This document shows positions 38,201 to 51,902 of a DNA stretch of 64,000 nt, piece after piece. Source of the stretch: Klebsormidium nitens (lineage: Eukaryota; Plantae; Klebsormidiophyceae); assembly GCA_000708835.1 (NCBI GenBank), contig DF237033.1, forward strand, positions 124,001 through 188,000, written 5' to 3'. The translations under genes were made by a program, and so were the position numbers. Every line of letters begins with the position of its first letter. Positions within the stretch are counted from its first letter, which is position 1. The notes beneath the pieces are model-generated. The model searched no databases. It worked only from the letters and a program-made list of their open reading frames with translations, and was not told the DNA's origin.

Positions 38201-38331
38201 GTCCAGCAAGGTAAGAAATGGCCGCTGAAAGTGCCGAACGAGATAGCAGACTTTAAAAAGCATGTAAGCGGGTGTTGCGGTGGTTGCAACTGGGTAACTT
38301 ACCCTGGACCAATCGATGACATAGTCTGCAG
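35261..38331 (-). CDS. Small SET plus post-SET domain protein-lysine methyltransferase; 5' end unresolved
   Basis: Exons ~38331/38325-38303, 37722-37492 (GC-AG donor GCAAGT), 36827-36730 (FMNHSCDPTIW), 35561-35261 (DLILLDY...CLCGTKRCR). Phases are consistent. Confidence 0.85.
35820..36073. mobile_element. Tc1/mariner (Stowaway-like) MITE inserted into an intronic exon echo
   Basis: 22-bp TIR CCGTACCAGCGTTTAATTTCGT (35820-35841 / 36052-36073), flanked by TA on both sides. Confidence 0.85.
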
Positions 38332-40019
38332 CTGCAGGAGGAGAAGAGGCTGATGTCAGCGAGACCATGATGTCAGCAACATCATCTGGCATTGGGGGCA
38401 CTGACATCAGCAAAAGCTGAAGTAACATCTGGGAAGGATTCATCCTGTCGGGATTGTGGCGCAATGGAGTGGTCAGCTTGGCAAGAATCTGATAGACACT
38501 CGTTGTGGCAATCCAAGTGAGTGCAATTCTTACATGTTATCATGAGACATAAGAGACTGGCTTTCCTCAAGGGCTACGTTAAAATCAGCATGATACCTAA
38601 GATCACATGGAATGGTCAGGGCTCTACAAAAGCACAGCAAAGTTGGTAAGAACCACACTTCTCTTGAGAAGCCTGGGTGAAGCATTGTATCAGAGCACAG
38701 CATAGAAACTTGCTCATTTCGGCGGATGGTTTTTCCGCTTTGCAAGGGTGGTGCGATGAAATGATTTCTTCATCTGAGCGCATTTCTTCGAGGCAATCTG
38801 TCAATTTGTCAGCGATTCTTACCCCCGTTTGTTGCCATATCTTTCTTGCCCTTAATGCAGCGTAGCTAAGGGGATCCGGACTTCTTCCTGCAGGCAAAAG
38901 GGAGCATTTCAAGGAAGATCTGTGAATGCTGACAGAGCAGGAGAGATATGAGGGACAGTCCGACTGCATATCTCCTGGAGACATGACCAGATGCTTAGGT
39001 CCCTGCGTGCGCATCAGCCGACCGGTGGCATTGGAGCAGAAACGCAAAAGGAACAAGAGAGTGACAGCTGGCAAACGACACTACAGCTGAACTCACTTTC
39101 CAATGAGTTGAACCGGAAACAAGAAAATGACAGCTGGCAAAAGCTCCCTTCGCTCAAGCCGGTCCCTTCCAAGTTGGAGGTTTTAGCAATTTGCAGTTGA
39201 CCGTTGTGTTCCAATGGCATTGCATTGGCAAGTAAACGGCGGATAGTATAACACAAATGCTCCACAAAGCAAAGACTTCAAGAATGCTCAAGCTTCATCG
39301 GAGCGTCTTGTTAAAGTTTCTGCAACAGCGCATGAGGTCTTTGCGCTGTGGATTATACAGGTGAGATATTTAGGCCAATGCTGGTTCCAAGAGTTGTATC
39401 AGTGAACCACCAAAGTCAAGTCTGGAAACAAAGAAACAATTTGATGACAGAGAGTCCTGGTCCCGGTCACATGAACTAAGCTCAAAGTTACAGATCTTTG
39501 TCTCAATTCATTATGAAATTCTCTTGCTGAAAGTGACAGGCAAAGTCCTTGACATTTTTTCAGGCTTTCCGTCTTTCTTCATATTCCATCAAATGCCTCC
39601 AAACCCCAGCTCACTTAGTATTTTGGCCATAATGTTTGGCAAACCTCACCACCAAATGCAATGCTGACAATATGAGGGAAAACAACACGCCTTATTGGGC
39701 TGAAAAGCAGCCACGCTTGCACTCACCACTGTAAGCTGCCTCAAAGGGACAGAAGGACCTCTTCGCACACCTTGCTTTGGCCGCGCTTCGCAGTTGGATG
39801 GAGCAACTCGGGTTGAGCAAGCCGTTCAATGGACAGAAGAAGTTCAGTAGAAGAGCAACGTAGTGCTTTCTGATTCAGAAAGAGAACGAAACAGATACGG
39901 TAGGTGCATTGGTAACTGTATTTTACTCCTGGTGGACCGTGGAACGCCAGCTGGAGCTGGAGCCTGAATTGGACGTGCAAGAAGAACCAGTGAACATTGC
40001 CCGGGTTTGCCGGTCTCCA

Positions 40020-40365
40020 AGTACCTACTACCGTTACTACCGTATCTTGCTGGCAGTGTCAGAGTACAGTACCATATGCTGCAGATTCCAGCTGTGAAGC
40101 CAGCTACGGACTAGGTACCGGATACCTAGGTACGGTAGTACCGGTAGTACGGTGTACCTACTACAGTACTGGTCACTACTACCTACCTAGTAGGTAGTAC
40201 AGCGGTGTATGTTCAGTAGTATTGCTGTACGGTTCCATTTCACGGACGGCCATGCTTCCGACAATTACCGTTACTGTGTTAGCATAGCGTATGGGTCGGG
40301 GTACTTAGGGACCTCACTTAATGACACCTACTTGCTTATACCAGCCCGGTACCTACCAGGTATCA
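40020..40365. repeat. GTAC/TAGGTAC-rich low-complexity tract
   Basis: Dense ggtac, gtacc, ctacc and tagta words upstream of the SET gene. Confidence 0.55.
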
Positions 40366-41995
40366 AACTCGAGACAAATAAGACAAAATAAGCCGAGAGA
40401 ATACAAGGTAGCCGTTCCGGGACGGGTAGGGTTAATCTGGTGGTTAGGGTGCGTAGACGGGGAGAGTAGGTTCAAGTTCTTTTTGGGTTATGTTTTTAGT
40501 GTTCCCGGTGATCGGGATATAACATCTTATTCTTCGCTTATAAATTATCTCGCTTAATTCTTAGCCACCCTGCTACCACGGTCCGCAATGCGCATGACAA
40601 AATGTTATTACTACCTAATTAGGCTGCAGGCACGTCCCAGAAAAGTATGCCTGTTGCCCGGTCGTACCGATGTTCTGATGCCCTGGCCCTGGGGCCCTTC
40701 AATAGGTAGGTGACAAGGTGAATTTGAAGCGTACTGAGCATGATGTTGGATATTGACAAGCTGAGTCATCCATCATGCTTATTGTCAACTTGTCAAATCA
40801 TAACTTAAGGTTACGGTGCCGTGCACTCTTGAATCTTGAGACTAACCACGCGTCCTTTTTCCACGACGAGTAGATCGGCCGCCACAAGCGGCCACCCCGC
40901 GGCCACCATTGTGGCGATATGCGCCACATCAATGCATAAAAAGTCACCAAACACCTTGCTTTGTGATCAAAAATTCTTACCAGCCGACCGTCGCGATCGG
41001 GCGGCACCTTTTGCCTTGCGACTTGCAATAGCCACACATGCGGTGAAGCCGATATATGCATTGTCGTTGAGCTGGGCAATCCAACGGGGTACAATCCGCT
41101 CACTGATTTTCAAGGTTACCAATTGATGCTAAGCCATTTAGTACGTCATGCAAGAGTCTTCGTGGGCCTTGCATGAAATCTAGCTTTTCGTGGCCCCAGC
41201 AAGTTCCTAGCTTGACTGTGTCATAAAGTGACCGTACTTTGAGATTTGGCGAACCGTCGCGCTCACTGACGGAGGTATTGTCGACGTTCTTGTTGCAGAT
41301 GTCAGTAGACTGAGTACGAATCGACGGCCATACGCCCACCCCGGCCCTAATAACCCAAGTCGGAGCTCGCGGGCACCGACTGTATGACGTACTCGGAATC
41401 GATCGGTCACCATACATTTCTGAGCCGCCATGCTTGAGTGCTGGCGGCGTGGCGACCAGTGCCACATAGACGGTGTGACTTCCTATTTCTTTGCCTGAAA
41501 GTTGCATGAAAGAATGACTCGAGAAAAAGTTGCGGCCATTGAACAACATTTGTGGAAGGCTTGTTCATGACCCGGTAGGCTGGCCAAACCAAACCGTCAG
41601 GCTGTTGTCGTGGATTCTGATTAAACAGCAGAGTCAGACAATTGACCAATGTGCAGTCTGTGGGTGACTACTTGTAATACCCTGCATTCGATAGAGCACT
41701 TTATTGCATGCTTCTCACACGTCTCGAGGTAAGATTCATTGAATCGGTAGACGCCCTACGCCTTATGTATCTCTAGATGGGAGCCCACCGGTAACAAAAA
41801 TCAAGCGCAGACCACGCAGAGCCTAGCCGAACTTAGATTCGAGTCAGCCAGCAATAAGCTGCTTGACATGTCTTAGGAAGATATCGTACCATATCATTCG
41901 ACAGCCCATTGAGAATGCCATTAGCGAGACCGAAAACCCCTCAATTCTGATATAGGAAAACATAGGACCACTGTTATTAACGACTGCGGCCGGTC

Positions 41996-44900
41996 CTACA
42001 TGAACAGCAGAGGCCTTGATCTCACGGGTACCTTTCCACCTGATTTCAGTCGTCGAAGAGCCTCGCGTATGTGCGTGGGTCGGATCGGCCCGGTCTCGTT
42101 CCATTCGGTCATGACCTCCCTAGCTGCATAATAGAGAACGGGATAATCAGACAATGCATAAGTCTTAATACCCTCTTCCCTATCTTGGAAAACGATGATG
42201 CATTGATGCACGGAACAGTTATTGATAGGGGCTCAACGTGGACCCCACTGATCGTGCCACGTGTCTCGCCGTACTGAAGCTCATTAGATGATAAATTAAA
42301 ACAGAAAGCACTGGCATACGGAAAACTCGAAAAAACGGGACCGGACAGTCTGCACGTCTCTTGCTTGGAAGTGATCATAGTTCGAAGGCTCAACTATAAA
42401 TCCTTGATGGTGAAGCCTTTCCTTGAAAGTACTGAACAAAGTTCGTCGAACAGAGTCAAGACGCGACAAAAGGCCAAGAACCGAGCACGGGAGAAAGATG
42501 AGGCAGTCATATTATCATATCTTCGAACTGAGTGCAAATTGAGATTGCTCGAAAGACAAATGGTTCAGCCAAACCACCGTATTATCCAGTAAGTGCATCC
42601 AAAAGAATCTACGAGAAACATGGTTCAGATAGATCATCGTGTCTTCAAAGCGAGTGCACGCAGAAGAATCCTTAAGAAAGATGTTTCGCCAAGAGCACTG
42701 CAGACGGGCAAATGGGACCTTAATCGAAGACAGGGACCAAGTCTCAAATCAGGAACACAAAAATACGCACTATTCTTGACCAGATCATCAACCCGGATGA
42801 CTAGAACAGTAAATCGCGAGTCTAAAAACCGTAAATCTAAGTAAGAAGAAAGTTCGAGGGTTTCCGCTCACCAGTTTCGACTAAGTCGCCGACAAACATT
42901 TTCGAGAGACCCCCCATGACGATACTCATTGGGATCGAGACGTTGCTCCCAGACACGCTCTGCATCAACTGCACAAAACGAACGGAATCAATTAAGGTGC
43001 AATCAACATCAAATCCAGATCAAACTGCAGGAAAGAATCTTACGGAAATCGGGGAAGACAAGCGAAGCTTATTTGAGAGATTGCAAAGCTTCAAGAATGC
43101 TGATCCGATACAGATCCGTCGCTGCTAGGTCACTCATATCCTCGCCTCCCATCAAGGCCTATATATTGGGTTGGGTTTAGTCTAAGAACCGATAGCAGGT
43201 TCGAAGCCTAAGGCAAATGCGTTAATGGATCGACGGCTAAAGAAGGAGAGAAGACTTGCAAAGTCCAGATCAAATGATCACGAGAACGTCTGACAGGCGC
43301 CTTTCCGGAGATTGTTTCTGTCCTTTTTCTAGAAAAGGAGTCAGCATGGTTTCGGGAGATGTATGAAAGCAGTGACTACAAGCCAACAATGAGAGTCCCC
43401 CACTGCTTTGCTCAACCGTAACTCCACGGAAAGGACACATCGGAAAAAGCAGAAACGAAAAGGGAGAGCTAACCCGTTTTAGGTTCGGCCGCGACAGCCC
43501 TGATCGTCGAAAGCACTCATACCGCCGCATCTGCTCTTCAGTCATAGACGCGAAGATTTGCCTGCATAGAAAGAAAGTAACGGATCTTCCTGACGGTTGT
43601 AATCTTTGGAGGTATTTGCTGACGTCATGATTCTCAGGTATATGACCAATACCGCCGAATCTGCTCTTCAGTCATCGACGCAATTATCTGCCTGCATAAA
43701 GAGAAAGCTGTGGGTTCTTCTGACGGTGTATCTTCGAAGATATCTAATGACGTCATGATCCGTCAGGTATCGTCATGATCGTCAGGTGTGTAACCACTTA
43801 AAGCACTAATACCAACGCATCTATTCCTCGGTCATTGACGCAAATATCTGCCTGCATAGAAAGAAAGTAGTGGATCCTTGTGACGGTGTATCTTTCGGAA
43901 CCCGTATCTGCTGACGTCATGATTCCGTCAGGTGTATGACCATAAAAGCACTCATACCGGCGCATCTGCTGTTCAGTTATTGACGCGCATATCTGCCTGA
44001 ATGAAGAGAAAGTAGCAGAGCTTTCTGAAGGTGTTTGATTCAAACCATCTGCTGACGTCAGAGTTCGTCACGTATATGACCATTCGAAGCACTTGTAGAA
44101 CTTGTAGCCTGCTCATGAGCCGTTGTTCCAATCATCTGCTGTTTACCTGCTCACACGGTATGTAACAAGCCTGAGCTGAAAAGCCTGTCGTCATCTGTCT
44201 ATGGAAAGCCTTGTCAAGAACATCATAATCATAGTCAAGAGGAAGCCAACTATGCTGACGTCATTGCTCCAAACTGTTGATCTCGCTGACATATTTCCTC
44301 TAAGAGCTGTGTTGTTCTGGCGACATCATCAGAAACTCAGCAACGACGAAGTCACTTGCTTGCGAGTGCAAAAACATACTTTCCAAAAGACAGGTGAGTA
44401 ATGACGGCAATCAAGATTTTTGTGAAATCGATCTCATTACCCAAAACCAGGGCATCGATCGATTGCACAGCAGGGTTGGCGAACCTTTTTCACCCAAGGA
44501 CTTCTGAAGAGCATACCAACCGACTTCCTAGGCGCATAGTCTCCCCTTTCCCTTTGACGGTGGTTGCATCGGTCAGTGGCTGCCCAGACCTAACGACCTT
44601 CCAATCTGAGCCTCACTTCAGAAGTACGACGCGGAATCATTATTGCCCTTCGCTTTAAAACGACCTTTGACTACAAGGCAGCATACATAGAACATCCCGG
44701 CTCGCAATCTCCAGGGGCTAAGGACCTTGGTAACACAATCATTCTCGACTGCGAAAAGAAGAGGCCATTTAAATGGAAAGGCCGTTCTACCTGGCAGAAA
44801 CAACCCAAAATCCTAAATCAGCTACTCATGCGCTCCGCACCCAACCCACCCTAACCCCCAAGCTAACCCAACACATCGCCCGGGGTTGACCCTATCATTC

Positions 44901-46846
44901 ATGCGGCTCTTCATACTTCATGAATGAATACTTTTATGACAGAAAAAATTTGAAGACTCACTGCATTCGCTCCGGGTCTTCCTTCTGGTACGTGTCCCGG
45001 CCAAACCCAAAGTCCGCCTCCTCTTCATCGTCCTCTGGGTCGTCGTCCGTTCGGAGGTTTGGGGCTTTACTGCCCAGCCTCGATGGCCCTGGAAAAGGCA
45101 CCACACCGGCTTTCAGAGGGCGTCAGACCTCAAAGCGATGTCTTCTGGGTCAATTCCGTAAAGTTCTTTAGGTCTTCGACTATGTTCCATGGCAATGTGT
45201 TCGGATAATGGAACCAAAATTCTTAACAAATGCTACGACTATATTTATTTCCATCCTGGGATGACGAATCCCCGGTTGCACCTTTCTAACAAATTACTAG
45301 GGAGTGATTAGATCTGTAAACGCCTCAGAGCGAAGACGTTGATATTACTTACTGCTGGCATCTGAATTCGAGGAAATCTCATTGAACGAACAATATCGCA
45401 TCTTGAGATCTTGCCTCAGCAACCAATCTGCCCATTTTTGCGGATTCTGGTCGCGAAGGCTTTACGGGGCATGGGACGCCCTCAGTGAGAAATTCAGCAG
45501 GAACTGAGACACTTGTCAAGGCCGAAAGAGCGATCCGATGTTTTCCCCGGCGATATCACTTGTTTCTCGAGCACTGTAACCATGGAGGCGTGTGTATTCT
45601 CGCCCACTATCGAAGGCCTTGAGCGAGGCAAGGAGATGGTTCGATGAGATTGCATAAGATTCATGCAGACTATCTTATGAGCATAATTGGGAGATTAAAA
45701 TCTGTGCCTAGATGCTCTGGTAGGAAAAAGTTTGCCAGCTACGCTCTGAAGCATCAAGCACACACTCATCGAGTTTGGCGCAATATCAGAAATTCCCAAG
45801 GTTACCAACCAAATATTCAGCTCTCAAAGAAGCAGATTTTAGGATCTTATCCCCCTTGTCGTTTGCATGCGGACTTCTCCAGAGTGTTAGAGAGTCTATG
45901 CCAGAAACAAAATACCCAAGCCCCCGCCCGAATTGTACACTTTTGAAAGCCCCTGCCAGCAACGAGCCGCCAGATTCAAACAGTCCCGCATCTGAGTCCA
46001 AAGTGCACAAGGGAGGCAGTTTGCCAACAAGCCAAGCAGACTACGTGCTTTCATTCGTTTTTGAAAGCGCAACACCAACAAAAGGATGGGCAAGAGCCAA
46101 TGCAGGACGACCGATGGAACGTCCTCAACTCTGTCCAAAAGGCCCCACTCAAAAGCAAGGCTTCGCAACTTCACATGTTCTGTAGACGATGCAGTCGGCG
46201 GCTGCTTATTGTGAAACAAGACCCACCCAAATATTGCACCAAAGAGTGTTGCCTGATTCCACAGCTTGATTGAACGTTCACCCTACAACAGACTCTTGCG
46301 GCTATTTTGGCTCCTCTATTAACACCCTTGAATCAAGGACTTCTACAGGGATTGAGTGGCCTTAAAGTGAAACTTTAAAATGGAGTGGGTGCGATCCTTT
46401 AGAACCCCAAGACTGTATAGAAAAAGCCCAGTCACTTCCACAGGAAGTTGGAAATCCACAATAAAAAGACCAAATCATTGCAAGCATGCTGACATTACGC
46501 AATGCACACCTGCGCTGCTCTTTTCCATTGGCCGACTTGCCCCACCGTCCCTGGTTCCATCCCCCTCACTCTCCCCCCCTTGCTTCGACTTCTTCCCGTC
46601 AGCAGCCCCCTTCCCTCCCCCTTTCCCTTTGGCACTCTTGACACCGCTCGCCTTCTCTCCAGCCGCAGCGCCTGGCTGAGCTGACGCGGCGTCAGCACCT
46701 CCCCAGACCACTTCCATCAATGACGAGGCAGGGACCTCGGAACTAGGCGCGGGAGCCGTTGCGGCCGGAGGTTTTGGTTTTCGAATGTACTTGCGCTTCT
46801 CTTTCTTCTGGCCGTCATCCGGTGAACCAGTCGCCTCCCGCTTCAT
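41996..46846 (-). CDS. TAF11: TFIID subunit TAF11 (histone fold)
   Basis: Exons 46846-46510, 45088-44962, 43561-43474, 42968-42872, 42123-41996. Sequence QIFASMTEEQMRRYECFRRSGLSRPNLKRLMQSVSGSNVSIPMSIVMGGLSKMFVGDLVETAREVMTEWNETGPIRPTHIREALRRL. Confidence 0.95.
43565..44100 (-). repeat. Acceptor echoes of TAF11 exon 43561
   Basis: cag|gcagat.t..gcgtc.at.act.a..agcagat copies at 43691, 43851 and 43996, each unit also carrying TGACGTCA. Confidence 0.9.
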
Positions 46847-49800
46847 CTTGATGCTTGGGGGCTGTTCGCTGCGATCTTCCCTTCTTTCTTCACAACAACC
46901 TTGCGGCTTCCGGCGTTCTTTTAAAAACAATGAAGTCCACTAATACAGAGCCTGGTTGCTTGACTACCAAAGTGGCAGAAGCTGTGCTGTGTGCAGCTGT
47001 GTGCAGCCGCCTGCCTTCTTTCTCAGAAGCTGGGAAACTTTCGAAGAGAAACTTTGTAGCGCCAAAGTGAGCGCGCACCCAGCTAGGCAAAACTACAGCC
47101 AGGCTAGCTAGGCGCATCAACGTCTACGCGCGCACGGCGGCTTCTTAGGCGGCCGCGGGTTTGGGCGGCCGCCCGTTTGAGGCGGCCATGTGGACTCGAA
47201 TTGGTGCGCGAGCGGCAACTTTGTTTTGATGGTTGGCAAATGACAGCTACAAGTGGAAGAGCCTACAACAGCACAAATGTACGCTTGGAGGGACGTAAGT
47301 GGGTACTTCTTGTCCCCCTTGAAATTCCTTCCAGGTACGTGGGTACTTCTTGTCCGGACTCTGAAGACTACGGTAGTCGCCATGGTGTCGCCATGGTGTC
47401 AGAGCCATGTTCGTGATACCTGAGGCGGCGGCGGCGCCCTGGATGAGCGCAGCGCGCGTGCCTAGCGGCGGCCCGCGCACGCAGTGCTCGACGGGCCCCG
47501 CCAAGATTTGGTCATCAACGCCTGTGCTGTGGGCAAGGTGTGGGCAGATCTTTTTTCACCAGGCCATGTATGATTGTCAACTCCATGGTCTGGACAGTGA
47601 TTGCTTCAGTGATAATTGTCATGAATGCAACTGTGTGGATTCTACAAAGCGTGGCACGGGACTCGTGCACAGATTCTGCGAAGCAATGTATGCTGGCAGC
47701 ATGACGCATTTCTGGAAGCGAGAAAGGCAATGCTGAGCCGCCGGACTGTGAATCGCCACTTTTGGCCCTTTTTTGAACGCCAAGCAAGAAAGTAGCCTCA
47801 CAGCGCAAATGTTCTAATGAGGCTGCACATTTAGACCGCAGGCATGCCAAAAACTCTGACAGTCTGAGTTTTCAATCATATTGTGACCAAAAAGGTACAT
47901 CAATGACGAACGTCTCAAACGTCACAGTACATGCGGCGACAGTACGTGTACAGATCTAGTCGCTCTTCTGACCGAGTCGGGGCACTGGAAAGAAGCACTT
48001 TGAGAAGAGATCAGAAAGCATATTGAGACAAGAGGCCATTACTCGTCTTCGAAACGGCACATCGGTCCAATCTCGAAAACGACCAAACATTCGTTGCGTC
48101 AACAAGGGGCAGCTTTGTGTAGTCCCTCCATTATCATGGCCGGGGTTGGCGGAATCCGTTGTGTCAAGACCGACACTGGAAGCAGCGTCTACAGGTACCT
48201 GACACTCAGTCCTTTTCAAATTTCCATAAGCATGATCTGTTAGCAATGCACGTGAAAGCGACGTCTTGCGTGTTGGTTGTGTGGAATCCGAGTACAGCTG
48301 CTCTGAGTCGGACGATCGGAAGCCCACTTAAGTAGGACTGTAAGCACAGATGATTCGCAGCCAGTTCAAACAGCAAAACACTTCGAGAAGTGCCAAAGAG
48401 CTCTTACTTTAGCAGTGTTGCAGCTACAGTAGTCACTTGCTTCGTACGACGTTCGACACTGGTCACTCTGGATGCTTCCAGGAGTGCTTTCACAATCAGC
48501 AGTCAGAGCTTCCAAAAAACTTGCTTGGCACGATCCAGAGCAGCCCTTAAACCTTATTGGCAGAAGAGTGTCCGAACCATTTTCACCCGATTCCTCCCAG
48601 GCAGACACACACCCACACGCACTTTCCCCGCACCCAGCCAGCCTCGAGCCACAGTGTCAAGTTGGTGCGATCTGAAGGCCCCCGGGCGGAGTTCAACTTT
48701 GTGGGCTTCAACGGGGAGCTCAAGGTGAGCTTTGAAATCCGAAAGGGAAGTTGGAAAAGGATTCAACGTTGAGGCAGTCTGGTATTCTGCTGGAAACAGA
48801 AAAACTGCGTTGAATGCTGGCTACTAAGCGATATGCTTTCTCGGAGAATCGTCCTGATCTCCAATCCTTAACATCCGACGCTAAGCGCAGCTCAAAATTG
48901 AACACAAAAGACTTTCGTATGGCCAAGAGTCGGACTGAGGTCCAAGCCTGTATAGAGCTGACTCTAACGCCCTATCTCATTGGACGTGAGCTTGCATTTG
49001 CGGTTCGCAACTGCACTTCCGAATTGGCAAGGGCTTGCCAGATTCCAACGGATACAAACTCGCATGAGCCTCGCACAAGCTCGCGCAAAGAACGCGAGTC
49101 GAGAGGGGTTGCGAGTGGTTCGTCTGATGCCAAAGAAGAAGCATGTGATCGATTTGCTGTGACCCAGGTTCGGATAAGGTCCATATTTGATTCACTTTGC
49201 ACGTCGAGACTGTCACTGAAATTGCGGCTCCCGCGTCCTTGTAACGGCCGAGCAGAACCCGAATCCGCATCAACCACAAGCACTTCAAGGGTTCTTGAAG
49301 CGACGTCAGGCCCTCGGATGCACTCCTGACGCCAGATGCATTAGACTTGAATGCATTTCTGACGTCAGCTTTTGGTGGATCCGCAGGATCACTTGCGGCT
49401 GGTGGACGAGACACTTTTGAACGTCTACAAGAAGGCCTCGTCGGCAAAGGCTGAGTTGCAGCTAGAGGTAAAGCAGCGCCCATATTATTACTCAAACTCC
49501 TGAGGGTTTTTGTGCAGTGAAGCCAAGCTAGTAGTCAAGGCTGAGCACACCTGTACGGCGGATGCGACGGTACATTTAGGAGGCCAAGTGTCGGTGCTGG
49601 AAGGCTGCTTTCAACCTTTTCAGAAATATTAAGAAGACGGAGGTTGGAGACTTTGACAGGGCAAGCTCAGCCACAAGCAGGCTGCGAAGTTCAGCAAGCA
49701 AGTCCTCGTTATTCAGTGGGTCCAGATGTCCGCCTGCCATTCGCGATGCGGAAATGTTCTCCTTGTGGGCTTCACGAAATGTTCCCCACCGCTTTGATCA

Positions 49801-51529
49801 GCCAGAACCGTAGCCGACTGAGAGCGGGAACAAAGAACCAACGGACACATCGATCTTCTCTCTTTGAGCGGTTTTGCCTTTTCCTTACTACTTTTTGTCT
49901 CTCCTCTCTGCAGACGCGCCCCTCTGATGTCGAGCCATCCGTCATTGAGCTTCGCCGAAAAGCGAACGCGAGGTGGGCTTCCGATCGAAAATCTGCTTTG
50001 AAGCATCGATCTCATGATCACCTCGTTCAGACGCTGAACCATTCCAAGTTCGACGGCTTTCCAAACACAAAATTGTCGATCGTTGGTTCCTTCACTTCGA
50101 ACGGCGGGCCGGTTGCAGCGTTGACAACACGCACAGCAAGTGCGTTCTCTGTGCCCGATTCCAGTACGGTACTGATGGAGATGCCGGGATTGAACGTCGT
50201 CAGAACAGCTTATGCCTGATCACCCGCCTGATCCGGCGGTCGCTTCCATCCTGAAAGTTATCACCTACACTTTCATCTCTGCAGCTTCTTGAAGCAGATG
50301 GACTTCTTTACGTGGTCATGGGTTCAGTTCGAGCGGCTCAGGCAGGAGTCGGAAGCGTCGGACTAGCAATAGAAAGTTACTTGGGCTGCCGCCGGTCGCG
50401 GCTGATCAGTTTTGAAGGGTTTCGAAGAGCGCTCGACACTCTTTAGCACCCTCATACGTTCGCGGCCAATTCAGTGGACGAGCTTGATTGCACGTTTGTC
50501 GTCTTAGAACGGTACTGTTTCGAGCGGTTTGCTGCAAATTCCAACGGGTGCAGAACTAGGCGTCGGTCGACTCACGCGACCTAGCAAGCTACCATTAAGC
50601 AGCGTTTTCTCGATTGAAGACTCGCGAGTCCTCCGCGGTTATGTACAGCCTTCGCCGAGATCCTGACTACGTGTTGGTCCATCCAATTCATTTGCCAGAT
50701 TATCTTAGTACAAGACACTGTATCTTAGGTTACTGCTGCTTAGACAGGCTTCGTTTCGCTTCTACCATCGGTGCAACACTTGCTTATTCATAAGCTGGAG
50801 GCTGCCTTCCAGAGTATCAGGTATACTTTGTACGACATGCTCTAAACCGTACGTGCATCCGGGATCTGGCAAATTGTAGGTTCCTTTAAAACGGCGCCCG
50901 CGAAAGCGAGTGTGCAGAGGGACATCTCATGTCAATGATCCAAGCGACGTACGAAGCGTCTCACCACCTTGGATTGAAGTTCGGAATCGCATGATATATG
51001 CAGTTGTGTACGGTACAGCCGCAGAGCAGGGTCAAAGCAAATTTTCGTGCCACTCAGTCAAACGGCCGTGATCGATACACTCAGGTTGAGGAGACTAAAA
51101 CGCATGGCCGGCACGAAGAACGCGCTGTGTCTTGAGCGAGAATTTTTGCTATTGCATTTCAAGTTATACTGCATCATGCGCGAGCTGAGAGTCTTATTAA
51201 GTTATCTCAATGGAAGTCATATCAAGCGTACAGGAACTTATGTAGCTGTTAAAGGTAACCACAATCATTTCAACCGTCATCGCAAAACGAGCCTGGCACT
51301 CCAGACCTGACTTGACTAGTGAACCCCTAACACACATAATACACAAAGTTTACTTTCAGCTCCCCGCTGATACTTACACAGACAGCCATGCGCCTCGTCA
51401 CCCGTCCCTAATAGTTCGCTCGACCTAAATGCCGTCACGAACTTCATCGCCCCAAATCTGAACTTCATCCTTTGAACGACCTACTCCTCGCACACTCCGA
51501 ACCACCGCTTCACGTACCCACCGAAGAGA

Positions 51530-51900
51530 TACTCTGTTTGGATCTCTCGCAACCTTGCCACTTCTAACTAACTCTTTACCGACCAGATGCGTTGTGCCCA
51601 GACCGCAGATGAGCAGATCCAGAAGTGACCCAAGTATGTTTCCTCTCTACTCTGTCTGATCTTCCGCAACCTTGCCCAGATCCAGAAGTGACCCAAGTAT
51701 GTTTCCTCTCTACTCTGTCTGATCTTCCGCAACCTTGCCACTTCACATTTTGTTTCAACCACATGCAATGCATTCCTCCCCGACTGCAGAAAGTGACCCA
51801 AGTATAACGGTATTTTTTTCTTTTGGTCTTTCGCAACCTTGCCACTTCTTACTTGGTACCAACCAGATGCTTTTTTGCCCCGACTGCAGATCCACAAGTG
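51530..51900. repeat. 63-bp-period tandem repeat in the 3' flank of the LEA gene
   Basis: Two identical units 51614-51676 and 51677-51739 plus degenerate copies. The units resemble the stop-codon/3'UTR junction at ~51885-51915. Confidence 0.85.
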
Positions 51901-51902
51901 TC

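Noticed and set aside
36100-40500. Suspected tyrosine-recombinase or retroelement
   Set aside because: The region resolves into SET gene exons and echoes; no RT, integrase or YR motifs were found.
40798-41549. Possible kinase relic (LLHDVLNGLASI; HRNLKL)
   Set aside because: The fragments are in different frames and no DFG, VAIK or APE context was seen; unsupported without a profile search.
51568-51897. Possible CRISPR array or repeat-protein ORFs
   Set aside because: The repeats are head-to-tail with no unique spacers and no cas genes, in a eukaryotic context; they derive from the LEA 3' end.
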